Below are positions 1 through 10,425 of a DNA stretch of 64,000 nt, in pieces. The notes under the pieces were generated by a model, which saw nothing but the letters and a program-made list of their open reading frames with translations, was not told the DNA's origin and searched no databases. Source of the stretch: Longimicrobiales bacterium. Its GTDB lineage: Bacteria > Gemmatimonadota > Gemmatimonadetes > Longimicrobiales > Gaopeijiaceae. How positions within the stretch are numbered: position 1 is the first letter of the stretch; each line of letters begins with the position of its first letter. The stretch is from NCBI GenBank assembly GCA_965198065.1, contig CBDAON010000003.1, positions 63,984 through 127,983 on the forward strand. The letters are read 5' to 3'. Position numbers and translations under genes: made by a program.

Positions 1-215
1 GAATCTGGGGAAGAACCCTGCCTCCGTCTCTGGGGTGGTGGTGCATGCCCCCCTGTCTTCCAGTCAGTCGATTCGTCACCCGTGGTTTTGATTCTCGTCG
101 CGAGGCGGTCGGGAGCGCTAAGTTGCGCGAAATCTTCACAAACCAGGCCTGGCCGCGCAATGTTGTTTGAAGCTTCGGGTGTCCCTGGTTTTCGGCCTGG
201 AAAAAGAGCGAAAAA

Positions 216-468
216 GTGGTGGTCAGACTACGGATAGCCGTGAAGTTGGACCTGGGCGAACCCCGCCGGGTGACCCAGGAACTCGAACGCTTTGGCGTCG
301 AGCACGGATTTGCTCAGGATCTCAGCTTCCGTCTCCAATTGTGCATGGACGAATTGCTGATCAACATCATCTCCTATGGATACGAGGGCATCGCCGCCGA
401 TCCGATCATCACGGTGAACCTCCAGCTCGACGATTCTAAAATCAGAATCCTAATTCGGGACAATGCGG
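216..468 (+). pseudogene. N-terminal half of an RsbW/SpoIIAB-type anti-sigma factor (HATPase_c), truncated
   Basis: LQLCMDELLINIISYGY (N-box) ... IRILIRDNAG (D-box), then similarity stops and the sequence runs into a ParA fragment. Confidence 0.7.
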
Positions 469-550
469 GCGGTGGTCGAGGCGGATCACCTGCCGGGCTA
501 CTCCATAAGCTCAGGACCTTCTTCCGGTTTAGGAAGAGACCAGCATATCC

Positions 551-1027
551 GTGCGGCCTTCCTCAAAAGCAGGAAGCTACCGCGAGCTCCGGAAGTATCT
601 CACGGCCTTCGACTGGATCGTGGTCGATTGCCCGCCTTCGGCCGACTCCCCCATCTCGCGGAGTGCGTTGCTCGTCTCTGACCTGGCGCTCGTCCCCATG
701 ATCCCCTCCCCCCCCGACCTGTGGGCAGGCGTAGCGATCCGGCAAGTCCTGGATGACGTCATGGCAGTCAACGAAACCCTGGTGGCGCGGATCGTTGTGA
801 ACCAGCGTAAGCCACACACCCGCCTGGCTGCGCGTGGCGGAAAGCTTCCCGGTCGCCGATCTGCGTCGCCAGGACCGGAATGCCGTAGCGGGGGAGGAGG
901 TCCCGGGTCCGCGCCGGCCGCGGGGCTCACTGTCGCTGACCTTCCTCGAGCTCGGCCAGCAGCGGCCGAGATTGAGGCGTTCACCGACAAGGTTGTCGCG
1001 ATCATGAACGGAGATCGCGGAGCATGA
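551..1027 (+). pseudogene. parA: ParA/ParF-family ATPase fragment lacking Walker A, degenerate near the C-terminus
   Basis: FDWIVVDCPP (Walker B), ALLVSDLALVPMIPSPPDLW, IVVNQ, AAAEIEAF; no KGGxGKT upstream. Confidence 0.75.
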
Positions 1028-1416
1028 GCGCGGCCAAGGATCCGCTCGATGGGCTGGCCGACTCGCTGGACGCGGAGGAGGAGGCCGTGGGGCGGCGCTT
1101 CCGCGAGGCCGAGCGCTTCACCCAGGGGCTGCCCCCTGCGGGCGCGTCGGAGGAGACGGAGGCTCCGAGCCCGGCGCCGGTGGCGCGATCTGTGCAGAGC
1201 TCGGGCGTCGTCCGTACTCAGTTCAGCTTCCCGGTCGAGGATCACAAGCTCATCGAAACGCTCCAGACACGGGGTCTGCGTCAGGGCTTGAGGCTCACCC
1301 GAAGCCAGATCGTTCGGGCAGGCCTCCGAGCCCTCGACGCCATGACTCCAGGGGAGTTCGGCGAGACCGTGGAGCAGAGCGAGCCCTTGAAGCCAGGGCG
1401 GAAACCGAGCTCGTGA
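1024..1416 (+). CDS. small ParA partner, putative ribbon-helix-helix (ParG-like) DNA-binding protein
   Basis: ATGA overlap with parA; C-terminal VVRTQFSFPVEDHKLI...LTRSQIVRAGLRAL fits an RHH fold. Confidence 0.55.
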   Translation: MSAAKDPLDGLADSLDAEEEAVGRRFREAERFTQGLPPAGASEETEAPSPAPVARSVQSSGVVRTQFSFPVEDHKLIETLQTRGLRQGLRLTRSQIVRAGLRALDAMTPGEFGETVEQSEPLKPGRKPSS

Positions 1417-1687
1417 AGAGCTTCTCAGACGCCAGGTGCCGACGTGGCCAGACTAACCTCTTTCACTCGCGCGTCCCTTGGGGTCCCGCGTGATCTTTCG
1501 GGCCGCCATCGCTTGCCCCTTTCCGTTTCCGGTAACACTTCCATTTCCGCCCTGAACCTCCCGGAACGACCCAGAGAGAGTATGGCAGGAGGGAGACGGC
1601 CGTGGATGCCGCGACGCTAGCGATGCCGAGAAAACCAGCCCCACCAAGCAAGGTGATCCTTCCATCAGCCCTCCAACACTCGCCGGT

Positions 1688-2401
1688 ATGGTAGCCATGC
1701 GCCTCCTGCTCGCTCTTCTGGTATCTCTCGCTGCTGTTGTGCCCGAGTCGGCACGGGCTCAGGATCCAGAGACGGCCCCCCCCTTCGTCGCTGGCGGTCA
1801 CCTGCTCTTTGCAACTCCCACTGGGCCGTTTGCCGAGAATGTGGACTTCGGTTTCGGGCTGGGTGGACACGGACGCTACGTGGTGGATGACGGCGGGATC
1901 CTGAGCCTCCGGCTCGATCTAGGCTTCATCAACTACGGGAACGAGACGATCCGTATCTGTGTCATCCTACCCTGCCGGGTCACCGGGGACCTGACGACCG
2001 ATAACAACATCTTCCTTCTCGGAATCGGACCGGAGATCGGGGGAGGCTCAGATTCCATCCGGCTGTATGCCAACGCCTCCATCGGATTCGCCCATTTTTC
2101 CACGACTTCTTCCGTAAATGGGTCGAATGATGTCGGGAATCCCTTTGCATCGTCTACCAACTTCCAGGATGCCACATTCGCCTGGACGGCAGGGCCCGGC
2201 CTGCAGCTCCGGGTGTGGACAGACGAGCAGGCGTCGGTCTCACTCGATGTGTTCGCCCGATATAACGGGAACGGTGAAGCACGCTACCTCAGGAAGGGAG
2301 ACATCCAGGACCAGCCCGACGGGAGCGTCCTCCTGAATCCGCGGCAAAGCGAGACGAACTTCTGGACGATCGGGCTTGGAGTGTCCGCGAGATGGCGGTG
2401 A
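1688..2401 (+). CDS. outer-membrane beta-barrel protein (about 8 strands)
   Basis: Signal peptide (MRLLLALLVSLAAVVPESARAQ), amphipathic strands, C-terminal WTIGLGVSARWR; loop Cys pair CVILPC. Confidence 0.75.
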   Translation: MVAMRLLLALLVSLAAVVPESARAQDPETAPPFVAGGHLLFATPTGPFAENVDFGFGLGGHGRYVVDDGGILSLRLDLGFINYGNETIRICVILPCRVTGDLTTDNNIFLLGIGPEIGGGSDSIRLYANASIGFAHFSTTSSVNGSNDVGNPFASSTNFQDATFAWTAGPGLQLRVWTDEQASVSLDVFARYNGNGEARYLRKGDIQDQPDGSVLLNPRQSETNFWTIGLGVSARWR

Positions 2402-2532
2402 GGCATGGAACGAGAAACGACGCTTCGGTGTCCCAGCGTTTGCCGTCGAAGCGCCGATCCTGAGGAATAGCTAGGACACGTCAACTGGGATCGGGTAGAT
2501 ACAAGGGAGGTTCACCTGATCCCCCGTGCGGA

Positions 2533-3372
2533 GTGCAAGGCACCCGCCGAGGAGAGCGATCTGTGGAAAAGAACGTTCGGCCCACCTCTGGCCTGGGCTC
2601 TGCAAGGCATCAAATGTTTTTTGTATTATCGACCTTTCTCATGCTAGGCAGTGGCGGTCCCGCGAGCGCGTCACAGCAACGGCCCCGGAGCGCCCTTTTC
2701 GATCGGGCGGGGACTCACGCGAGCGTCTTCGTAGGCTACGCTCGGACAGGCAACCGGATCATTGATATCGACGGTTTTGCGAACTGGGGCAATTCCGGTT
2801 CGATTCTCGACTATGCGGATGCTGGACTTGTGGTAGGCACGCTGGTAGGGAAGAAGTTTGATTTTGGCGACGTACCTCTCAGGCTCGAGGTAGACGCTAC
2901 GTTCGGCAACTTGTCGGCCAATACGGACCGGCTCGATCCAGAGGGTCTGGACGAGACGGCAGAATCGGAGTTTCGAGGGATCACCACGGCCCGTGCAGGT
3001 GTCGAGCAAGCCATCGGTCCTGCAACGGCATTCGCAACCGTCGGTATTGCGGTCGCCGGGATCGCAAATTCTGTAACCGACATTGATTTCAGACAGGGCG
3101 AAATGCCGCGAGTCGACCCCGATGATAGCTTTCGTGACAGCGCTTTGAGCATCGGTGGGGTGATCGGGGTTGGTGTCGAAACCCCACTGGCCGATACCTG
3201 GACGTTGCGACTCGAAGGCTTATATCTGGATTTCGACGGGAAGACCCATTTCGTAAACAGATCCGGCGACAACAGATGTGGACCAAGGAGAAATCGAAGG
3301 CCTTGCTCCTACAATCTTGATAACACTCTCAGTACCGTGCGCTTGGCGATAATTCGTAGATTCGGCGGGTAG
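2533..3372 (+). CDS. Opa/OmpA-like outer-membrane beta-barrel protein (true start possibly ATG 2614)
   Basis: Signal-like FFVLSTFLMLGSGGPASA; LRLEVDATFG, GGVIGVGVETPLADTWTLRLEGLYLDF, terminal VRLAIIRRF; loop CGPRRNRRPC. Confidence 0.75.
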   Translation: MQGTRRGERSVEKNVRPTSGLGSARHQMFFVLSTFLMLGSGGPASASQQRPRSALFDRAGTHASVFVGYARTGNRIIDIDGFANWGNSGSILDYADAGLVVGTLVGKKFDFGDVPLRLEVDATFGNLSANTDRLDPEGLDETAESEFRGITTARAGVEQAIGPATAFATVGIAVAGIANSVTDIDFRQGEMPRVDPDDSFRDSALSIGGVIGVGVETPLADTWTLRLEGLYLDFDGKTHFVNRSGDNRCGPRRNRRPCSYNLDNTLSTVRLAIIRRFGG

Positions 3373-3511
3373 CGGATATCGTCCTGCTCAAGGAATTACG
3401 CCGTCGCAGTGAGAGACTTTCGGCGGGTGATTTCGTTAGTTAGGGGTTCCACATCTACTCCCCGATATTGTGCTCCTGCCCCCAGGACAACGGCTCAGGA
3501 CCGCGCCGTTC

Positions 3512-4839
3512 CCGAGACGCCGGAAGGCTCCTACGGTTCGGGTCTAGTCTAGAAATCAAGCTGGCTGATCATGCCCTGATGGGCCTTGCCCGAATGCCTA
3601 CAGGCGGTCCTCAGCGCCGCGAGGACCTGATGGAGCCTCCTAGCGGCCGTAGTAGCGAGCGACGGCGCCGCGGCCCGTGAGGCGTCCCCGATCCATCGGG
3701 CCGGAGCTCCACGTCTCCCCACGTGAGGGCGGCGGCTTCGATTCTCGCTATAGCATTCGCCAGTGGCGGCGCATACCCCGCGGTCAGGTCTGGCTGTAGC
3801 TAGAAATGATGCTTCATTCCAAGACTGACTCCCACAAAGGAAAAACCGTCGGTCGACATCGTACCGTCCACGGGCTCACTGCCATCGCGCCGCAGATTCG
3901 GCACATGGCTGCGCAACGGATCCCAGACCACGGTACCTGCAAATTCACCCAAGCTCATCCAGCGAGCCCTGAGTCCTACCGACACCGTTTCCGACACCGG
4001 GTAATCGAATCCAGCGAGAATCTGGTAACTGGTCTGTGTATCCCCCATGGTGGCCTGCGCCGAGCTGGACGTGCCGGCTAGATTGCGCGCGATTTGATCG
4101 GCGTTGGGCTGGTCTCGACCCGTGTCTATGGCCACCGGATCCGTGTTTCTGGACCACACGCTCGCGTAGTCTGCATTCGTTCTCCCAATCCCCATACCCA
4201 ACCCCACGAACGGCGTGAAGCCCCCGGCCACGCCAGGCAGGTCCAGGTACACGTTGCCCATCAGGCTCTTCGATTCGACGAGACCCAACCACTCCTGCGC
4301 CAAGAACAGTTCGTCGCTCAGCTTGTCGGCATTGACCCCCTGGGCGGCGAGCACCCCGGACCGCTGGGAGTAGTTGGAGCTCCTCATCACGTACTCTACC
4401 TCTGCCCGCACCATGCCGTGCAACCGGTATCCCATCACAGCGCTCATCGCAACGCCACCGGCTCTATCGAACGGCACACTCCAACTGTCTCCCACGCCAC
4501 GTGCCGCGTCGGTGCAGCCAGGTACGGACGCATATAGCGGGTTGATGAACTCATCGCAGATGCTGGCGCGATCATTGCTGTCACCCGTCATGGTCACCGC
4601 AGACGATAAGAGAGTTCCTAGTTCTGCGCCCACATAGAACCGTCGCTCGCCTTGTGCCAGAGCGGGCGTGGCCATGGGAAAGAGCACGGTACAAGTCACG
4701 ATGAGAGAATACAGACAGCGGCTTCGTATCATGATGTTTTAGTCCCCTGACAAGGTTGTGCTGAAAAACGAAAGTGTTGCAGTCCGTCCCTTCTCTCAGA
4801 CCCCCAACAACACGAGCCATTTGTCCAGATCGCAATTAG
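3512..4839. repeat. 1328-bp direct repeat, copy 1 (copy 2 at 15110-16437)
   Basis: Sequence matches 15110-16437 at offset 11598; all translated ORFs are identical. Confidence 0.95.
3800..4732 (-). CDS. Opa/P44-Msp2-like outer-membrane beta-barrel protein, copy 1
   Basis: Signal peptide, FYVGAELG, RAEVEY, LMGNVYLD, FTPFVGLGMG, YQILAGFDY, terminal VSLGMKHHF. Confidence 0.85.
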   Translation of the reverse strand: MIRSRCLYSLIVTCTVLFPMATPALAQGERRFYVGAELGTLLSSAVTMTGDSNDRASICDEFINPLYASVPGCTDAARGVGDSWSVPFDRAGGVAMSAVMGYRLHGMVRAEVEYVMRSSNYSQRSGVLAAQGVNADKLSDELFLAQEWLGLVESKSLMGNVYLDLPGVAGGFTPFVGLGMGIGRTNADYASVWSRNTDPVAIDTGRDQPNADQIARNLAGTSSSAQATMGDTQTSYQILAGFDYPVSETVSVGLRARWMSLGEFAGTVVWDPLRSHVPNLRRDGSEPVDGTMSTDGFSFVGVSLGMKHHF

Positions 4840-4996
4840 TTGGCGGCGAATTCAGTCCTCAGAATGTCGATATACTGTTGGCCGATCAAGTCCCGGAGCT
4901 CCTGTAAACACGACACGGAACAGGACGACTCATGCGACCTTCGTGTTCTTCGAGGACGCGCGTCTCGGTTTCGACGCGTTCCTGGGCCAGCTCTGG

Positions 4997-6264
4997 TGAC
5001 GTGACCCCCTGAAACGAGACCAGGGCGGATGTTAGGATCCGGGCACTTGGTCCCAGCTAGAGGGAGGTCAGCATGGGCAGGAGGAGGCATACCCCGGAGC
5101 AGATCATCACGGCACTTCGGGAGGCGGAAGTTGCACTAGCGAACGGGAAGACGGTGGGCGAGGTGGGGCGCCAGCTGGGGTCAGCGAGCAGACGTACTAC
5201 CGGTGGCGGAAGGAGTTCGGGGGGATGAAGGTGGACCAGGCACGCCACGTGAAAGAGCTCGAGCAGGAGAACGGGCGCCTGAAGCGAGCGGTGGCGAACC
5301 TGACGCTGGACAAGCTGATCCTGGAGGAAGCGGCGAAGGGAAACTTCTGAGCCCCGAGCGAAGACGCAGGGCGGTGGTGCATGTACGTCAGCAGCTCGGG
5401 GCGTCGGAGAGGAGAGCGTGCCGGGTGCTCGGGCAGCCACGCACGACCCAGCGCCGGGCGAGGAGAGTGGCGAGTGACGAGGGGGCGCTCCGAGGTGATA
5501 TCGTGCGACTCGCGAGTCGATTCGGCCGCTACGGCTAGCGACGCGTCACGGACACGCTCCGCATCGAGGGCTGGGGGGTGAAGCACAAGCGGGTGGAGCG
5601 GATCTGGAGGCAGGAGGGGCTGAAGGTCCCGGAGCGGCAGCCGAAGCGAGGTCGGCTGTGGCTCAACGACGGATCGTGCATCCGGCTGAGGCCGCTGTAT
5701 CGGGGCCACGTCTGGTCGTACGACTTCGTGGCCTCGAGGACGCACGACGGGCGTGCGCTGAAGCTGCTGACAGTGCTGGACGAGCACACGAGGGAGTGCC
5801 TGGCGATCGTGGTGGCTCGCAAGATCCGCTCGCACGACGTGCTCGAGGTGCTGGACGATCTGTTCGTCCGACACGGGCCCTCCCGAGTATCTGAGGTCGG
5901 ACAACGGACCGGAGTTCACCGCGAAGCCCGTGCGGCGGTGGTTGGGGCGCGTGGGCGTCGAGACGCTCTTTATCGAGCCGGGCAGCCCGTGGGAGAACGG
6001 CTACAACGAGAGCTTCAACGGCAAGCTCAGGGACGAGCTGTTGAACGGGGAGATCTTCTGCTCGTTGGCGGAGGCGGCCGTGCTGGTCGAGCAATGGAGG
6101 CGCGAGTACGATACCGTCCGACCCCACAGCGCCTGCGGCGGCTTTCCCCCGGCCCCTGAGGCGATTAAGCCGTCGCCCTGGTTCCTGAGGATGCCCGTCC
6201 TTCACCGCCCTCCACAGGTGCTGGGACTAACATAGGTTGTGGTACCGCTCTTCGGGGCAGGTCA
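4997..6264 (+). mobile_element. IS3-family insertion sequence (element A), inactivated
   Basis: Ends TGACGTGACCCCCTGAAACGAGACCA / TGGTACCGCTCTTCGGGGCAGGTCA; orfA MGRRRHTPEQII from 5073; AAGGGAAAC frameshift site; integrase WSYDF..PGSPWENGYNESFNG; frameshifts and an in-frame TAG at 5536. Confidence 0.92.
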
Positions 6265-6269
6265 AGACG

Positions 6270-6445
6270 CGGCGCGGTCTGCAGCTTCACCCGGCCGGGC
6301 CCAGTAAGCGCCGCCATCCACCCCAGCCCCGAGCGGCGGAGAGTTACGCCGCCTCCGCGGGCAAGGCGGAGCTCGTATTCGGCCGTCGCCTCGAAACACA
6401 CCACCGCGGCTACGGGTGTTTCCAGTTCCTCGCCGTCCGCGAGCT
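6270..6445 (-). pseudogene. C-terminal remnant of an AIM24/TIGR00266-family protein
   Basis: ELADGEEL..VVCFEATAEY....AALTGPGRVKLQT resembles the family's LTGPGxVxLQ terminus. Confidence 0.5.
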
Positions 6446-6989
6446 CGGGGTTCCGACAGTTATCGTAAGTAATCGGGGACCGGCAACCGACTGCCACCGG
6501 TCATGGACATCGAGCTGCTGTTTCTCGACGATCTGCGCTCCGAATTCGAACGGGTGCCCCCGGCCTTGGAGATCGAGCAGTTGCTGTCGGGTGGAGGGGA
6601 GGATGTGAACGGAGCGGAGCTGTTGGGTCGGCTCGCCCAGCGGGCCGCCCGGCATTTGATCCAGCAGGCGTTGTGCGCTGCCGCGCTCCCGGGAGCCACC
6701 GGAGAGCTTCGGGGACTTCGGCCTCGGGGACCTTCGGGGCAGGCGCGACCTTCGGCCCGAAAATGCGATAGGTGCCGGTGCGGGTCTGTTACCATCGACA
6801 GTTGCTCCGACGGTGCTACTTTCGACTTCGACATAGTGTGGGCTCCTCACCCTCGTGGGTGGGTCATCTTGCAAGGACGACCCAGGGTAGCCTGCGCCAT
6901 GTCGCGTTTACTGGAAAACTTTGGACATCGCCCCAGCGGCGATGCGGTGCTAGATCGTGGTCCGCTGTCCACTGAGTCGGGAAGGCTTT

Positions 6990-8921
6990 ATGCATCGTGC
7001 GAGACTGCTTGCTCCAGTGCTCTTGTTCGTCGCCGGGTGCGGCGACGGTGGAAGTCAGACGCCCACCAGCCCTCCCGCACCGCCCACGAACCGGGCGCCG
7101 ACAGCGTCGACCACGATTGCAGGCCAGAGCGTGGAGGAGGGAGCACAGGTGACGGTAGACATCTCCGGGGCGTTTTCCGATCCCGATGGGGACGCCCTCA
7201 GATACGGGGCCGCCTCGGACGCCTCGAGCGTTGCCACGGCGAGCGTCTCCGGAAGCGATCTCAAGGTGATCGGCGAGGCTCCGGGGAGCGCGACCATCAC
7301 GGTGACGGCGACCGATCCCGGCGGCCTCAGCGCCACCCAGACCTTCGAGGTCACCGTCAACAGCGCCAACCGGGCGCCTACGGTGTCGGGTGCGATTCCG
7401 GACCAGGTCTTGGTAGAGAACACGGAGGCACCGGTAGACATTTCCGGGGCCTTCTCCGATCCCGATGGGGACGCCCTCAGATACGGGGCCACGTCGGACG
7501 CCTCAAGCGTTGCCACGGCGAGCGTCTCCGGAAGCGATCTCAAGGTGATCGGCGAGGCTCCGGGGAGCGCGACCATCACGGTGACGGCGACCGATCCCGG
7601 CGGCCTCAGCGCCACCCAGACCTTCGAGGTCACCGTCAACAGCGCCAACCGGGCGCCTACGGTGTCGGGTGCGATTCCGGACCAGGTCTTGGTAGAGAAC
7701 ACGGAGGCACCGGTAGACATTTCCGGGGCCTTCTCCGATCCCGATGGGGACGCCCTCAGATACGGGGCCACGTCGGACGCCTCAAGCGTTGCCACGGCGA
7801 GCGTCTCCGGAAGCGATCTCAAGGTGATCGGCGAGGCTCCGGGGAGCGCGACCATCACGGTGACGGCGACCGATCCCGGCGGCCTCAGCGCCACCCAGAC
7901 CTTCGAGGTCACCGTAGAAGCGGGCAGCGGTGGAGCGGACCTCGACGCCCTTTTTGCCCCGCCCACGGCGGATGAGATCACACAGGTAAAGGAGGAATGG
8001 GATACCCGAACCCCCGAAGTCAGCGGGGTTCGCCCTGAACTGGACTCTGAGGTTCCCGCGGGATTGGGATCCGTCAGGGTCCGGATCCTTTCTCACACCG
8101 TTGGTGGGCTCAGGCATTACGGGGCCGTGGTGACTCCGGTGGGCGCGGAACCCGGCTCGCTTCCCGTTATCCTCTACGCCCACGGCGGGGACGGCGGCGT
8201 GGAGATCGAGGATACGTTCTTGCTGAATCAGATCCTTCAGCTCCAGGGTCTGAGTGCGGCCTTGGTAATACCGTCGTATCGGTCGGAGCCCCTCCGGCTC
8301 GGGGACCAGGTGTTCCTTTCCGAAGGTCCGCCTAGCCCCTGGGACCGGGACGTCGACGATACCATCTCACTCCTTTCCGTCGCACTCGAGCAGGCGCCGG
8401 AGCTCGACGAGGAGAGGGTGGCCATCGTGGGGTTCAGCCGGGGGGGCGGTGTGGGTCTCCTGACGGCTGCGCGCGATCCGAGGATCGACGCTGTTGTCGA
8501 GTTCTTCGGCCCGACGGACCTGTTCGATGAATATGCACGTGAGATCTTCGAGGAGGCCCTCGACGGCGAGCCGCGGGATCTCCCCGGTCTCGATTACCTC
8601 AATGAGATCCTCGTCTTGCCCTGGAAGATGGGTGTTCTCTCCGATGCAGAGGCTCGGCTCGAGCTCGTCCGCCGTTCCGGAGTGTACTTCGTGGATCGGC
8701 TCCCGCCGGTCCAACTACACCACGGGACAGAGGACACGGTCGTGGCCGTCAGCCAGGCCTACCGGTTGATCGAGGCGATGAAGGCGGCGGGAAAGACAGA
8801 TCAGGACTTTGAGCCGTACATCTATGCTGGTGCTGGCCATGACATCACCGCCCTTATAGGGGCAGGGGCTCACACGCGCGCGATCGAGTTCCTTCGTCCC
8901 TTCCTCTTCGAGCTCCCGTAG
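6990..8921 (+). CDS. lipoprotein with three Ig/cadherin-like repeats and a C-terminal alpha/beta serine hydrolase (S9-like)
   Basis: Lipobox LFVAGC; NRAP..FSDPDGD..TVTATDPGG repeats; YAHGG, GFSRGG nucleophile, HHGTED, GAGH triad. Confidence 0.85.
   Translation: MHRARLLAPVLLFVAGCGDGGSQTPTSPPAPPTNRAPTASTTIAGQSVEEGAQVTVDISGAFSDPDGDALRYGAASDASSVATASVSGSDLKVIGEAPGSATITVTATDPGGLSATQTFEVTVNSANRAPTVSGAIPDQVLVENTEAPVDISGAFSDPDGDALRYGATSDASSVATASVSGSDLKVIGEAPGSATITVTATDPGGLSATQTFEVTVNSANRAPTVSGAIPDQVLVENTEAPVDISGAFSDPDGDALRYGATSDASSVATASVSGSDLKVIGEAPGSATITVTATDPGGLSATQTFEVTVEAGSGGADLDALFAPPTADEITQVKEEWDTRTPEVSGVRPELDSEVPAGLGSVRVRILSHTVGGLRHYGAVVTPVGAEPGSLPVILYAHGGDGGVEIEDTFLLNQILQLQGLSAALVIPSYRSEPLRLGDQVFLSEGPPSPWDRDVDDTISLLSVALEQAPELDEERVAIVGFSRGGGVGLLTAARDPRIDAVVEFFGPTDLFDEYAREIFEEALDGEPRDLPGLDYLNEILVLPWKMGVLSDAEARLELVRRSGVYFVDRLPPVQLHHGTEDTVVAVSQAYRLIEAMKAAGKTDQDFEPYIYAGAGHDITALIGAGAHTRAIEFLRPFLFELP
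7089..7915 (+). repeat. three tandem 279-bp (93-aa) intragenic repeats
   Basis: AACCGGGCGCC starts at 7089, 7368 and 7647; units 2 and 3 appear identical, unit 1 differs mainly in its 5' part. Confidence 0.95.
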
Positions 8922-9066
8922 GCCGCATGGATGAGACCAGCAGCGGGTGGCGCCAAGCGCCACTGCTGCAGACGGGCTAGTGGTATCCTCACCCTGGCGC
9001 CAAGGTGCTGGCCGAGTCCACGACCCCGGACCATCGAACCTGAGAGCAGCGCGCCAGGAACACTAG

Positions 9067-9363
9067 TGAACGCCGGCGGCGTGACGATCAGCTACTACGA
9101 GTGGGTACAGAACAACGAGAACGAGCAGTGGGATGAAGACGAACTGAACGGCAAGCTCAAGCGGATCATGACCAGGGCCTTTCAACCACGTCATCGAAAA
9201 GCAGACCGAGATCAATGCCTCCTTGGTGGCATTGGAGACTGAGCGGCAGCGCCTGGGTCGTGGAGACGATCCATTGGACCCGGTCGATCTACGGACTGCA
9301 GCGTTAGTTGTGGCTGTCAAGAGGGTGGCGCGGGTGGTGCTCGATCGAGGGGTCTGGCCGTAG
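9067..9363 (+). pseudogene. gdh: C-terminal fragment of Glu/Leu/Phe/Val dehydrogenase
   Basis: NAGGVTISYYEWVQN..WDEDELNGKL, frameshift, then DLRTAALVVAVKRVARVVLDRGVWP*. Confidence 0.8.
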
Positions 9364-9787
9364 ACGATAGTCCGGAAGCACCAGGCTTTCCAGGTCACCG
9401 CTTCGACGCTCTGAAGGCGGTGAGCGGCGAGTGAGTCAGGAAGTCGTCCCAGTAGGGGGTCGTCCTGCGGACCTCCGGGACCGCCGTCCCTGGGCTATAC
9501 GGCCCCGACTATGGCCCGGTTACGCTCCCACAAGGCTGCTGTCCCGTGTGAGACGCTCCCGTAATGGCACTAATCATAAGCAACCTAGGACCGTCAACCG
9601 CTTGCTGTCGGTCATGGACATCGAACCGCTTGCGGCACGTCACCCGCAACATCGTGGAGCGGATCTCGGTCCAGGTCCGAATCGCCGATGGGCTCGTGGG
9701 CCGCTTCACTCGGGCGAGAGCTCTCAGAGATCCGGAGGGGGAGCCAGGATGTCGTCCACGGTCGCGACAGTCCTTGCCCCGTATTCA

Positions 9788-10411
9788 TCAGAAGCTGAAC
9801 ATCCCCGCGTCTGACTCTGTGAATTGAGCGCCACATGCCTGCCCGGTGAGGGTCGAAGTGAACCCGGATGGGCCGATCTCCGCCTCTATGTCCAGATCCA
9901 TCCGGCAGGATCCGCTCCGACCGTCGTCCGTGGCCCAGCGAACCGTACCATCCACCTCGCCGCTCAAGGCGAACCCAAGGTCGCCCATGATGGACAGTGC
10001 GAGACTTATGGCCAGGTTGGGCGCGCCGTTCAGGGTGAGCGCGAGCCCGGTATCCTCGGGCGTGACCACGCAGTCCGAGTGTATCATGGTCATCGACAGG
10101 GACACGGAAACGTCTTCGTCGCTGTCTGGATCTCCCATGAGCTCGGCCTGTAGGTTGTTCACAGTCACCGTTCCACCCATCAAGCAGGGCGCAGTGAACT
10201 CTTCCTGTCTGAGGCTCTCGGGGTCTAGGATCTCGCCCTCAAGATCCGAGTTCTCGTTGATGACTTCAAATCCCGGGCTCGTCGCCGCCTTCACGAGCGC
10301 GAGCGCCTCCTCCCGGGTCAGTGAGTCTTCGTCGGGCCCCGTCGAGTCGTCACCGCATGCGACCAGGCCGATCGCAGAGCCCAGAACCAACCCCGCCAAA
10401 ACAAGCCGCAT
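9788..10411 (-). CDS. hypothetical Cys-containing lipoprotein
   Basis: GAGGAGG RBS, MRLVLAGLVLGSAIGLVAC lipobox, DDSTGP linker, four further Cys. Confidence 0.75.
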   Translation of the reverse strand: MRLVLAGLVLGSAIGLVACGDDSTGPDEDSLTREEALALVKAATSPGFEVINENSDLEGEILDPESLRQEEFTAPCLMGGTVTVNNLQAELMGDPDSDEDVSVSLSMTMIHSDCVVTPEDTGLALTLNGAPNLAISLALSIMGDLGFALSGEVDGTVRWATDDGRSGSCRMDLDIEAEIGPSGFTSTLTGQACGAQFTESDAGMFSF

Positions 10412-10425
10412 GAAATGCCTCCTCT

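Noticed and set aside
3560..3790. Hairpin GGTCCTC..GAGGACC and two CTGATG motifs as a hammerhead ribozyme or ncRNA
   Set aside because: Lacks the CUGAUGA/GAAA core arrangement; GC-rich hairpins are expected by chance
1440..4860. Barrel genes as integron cassettes
   Set aside because: No convincing paired RYYYAAC/GTTRRRY attC sites, mixed gene orientations and no integron integrase
7089..7915. Long repeats as a CRISPR array or DGR template/variable repeat
   Set aside because: In-frame coding domain repeats with no spacers, no adenine-specific differences and no reverse transcriptase or cas genes
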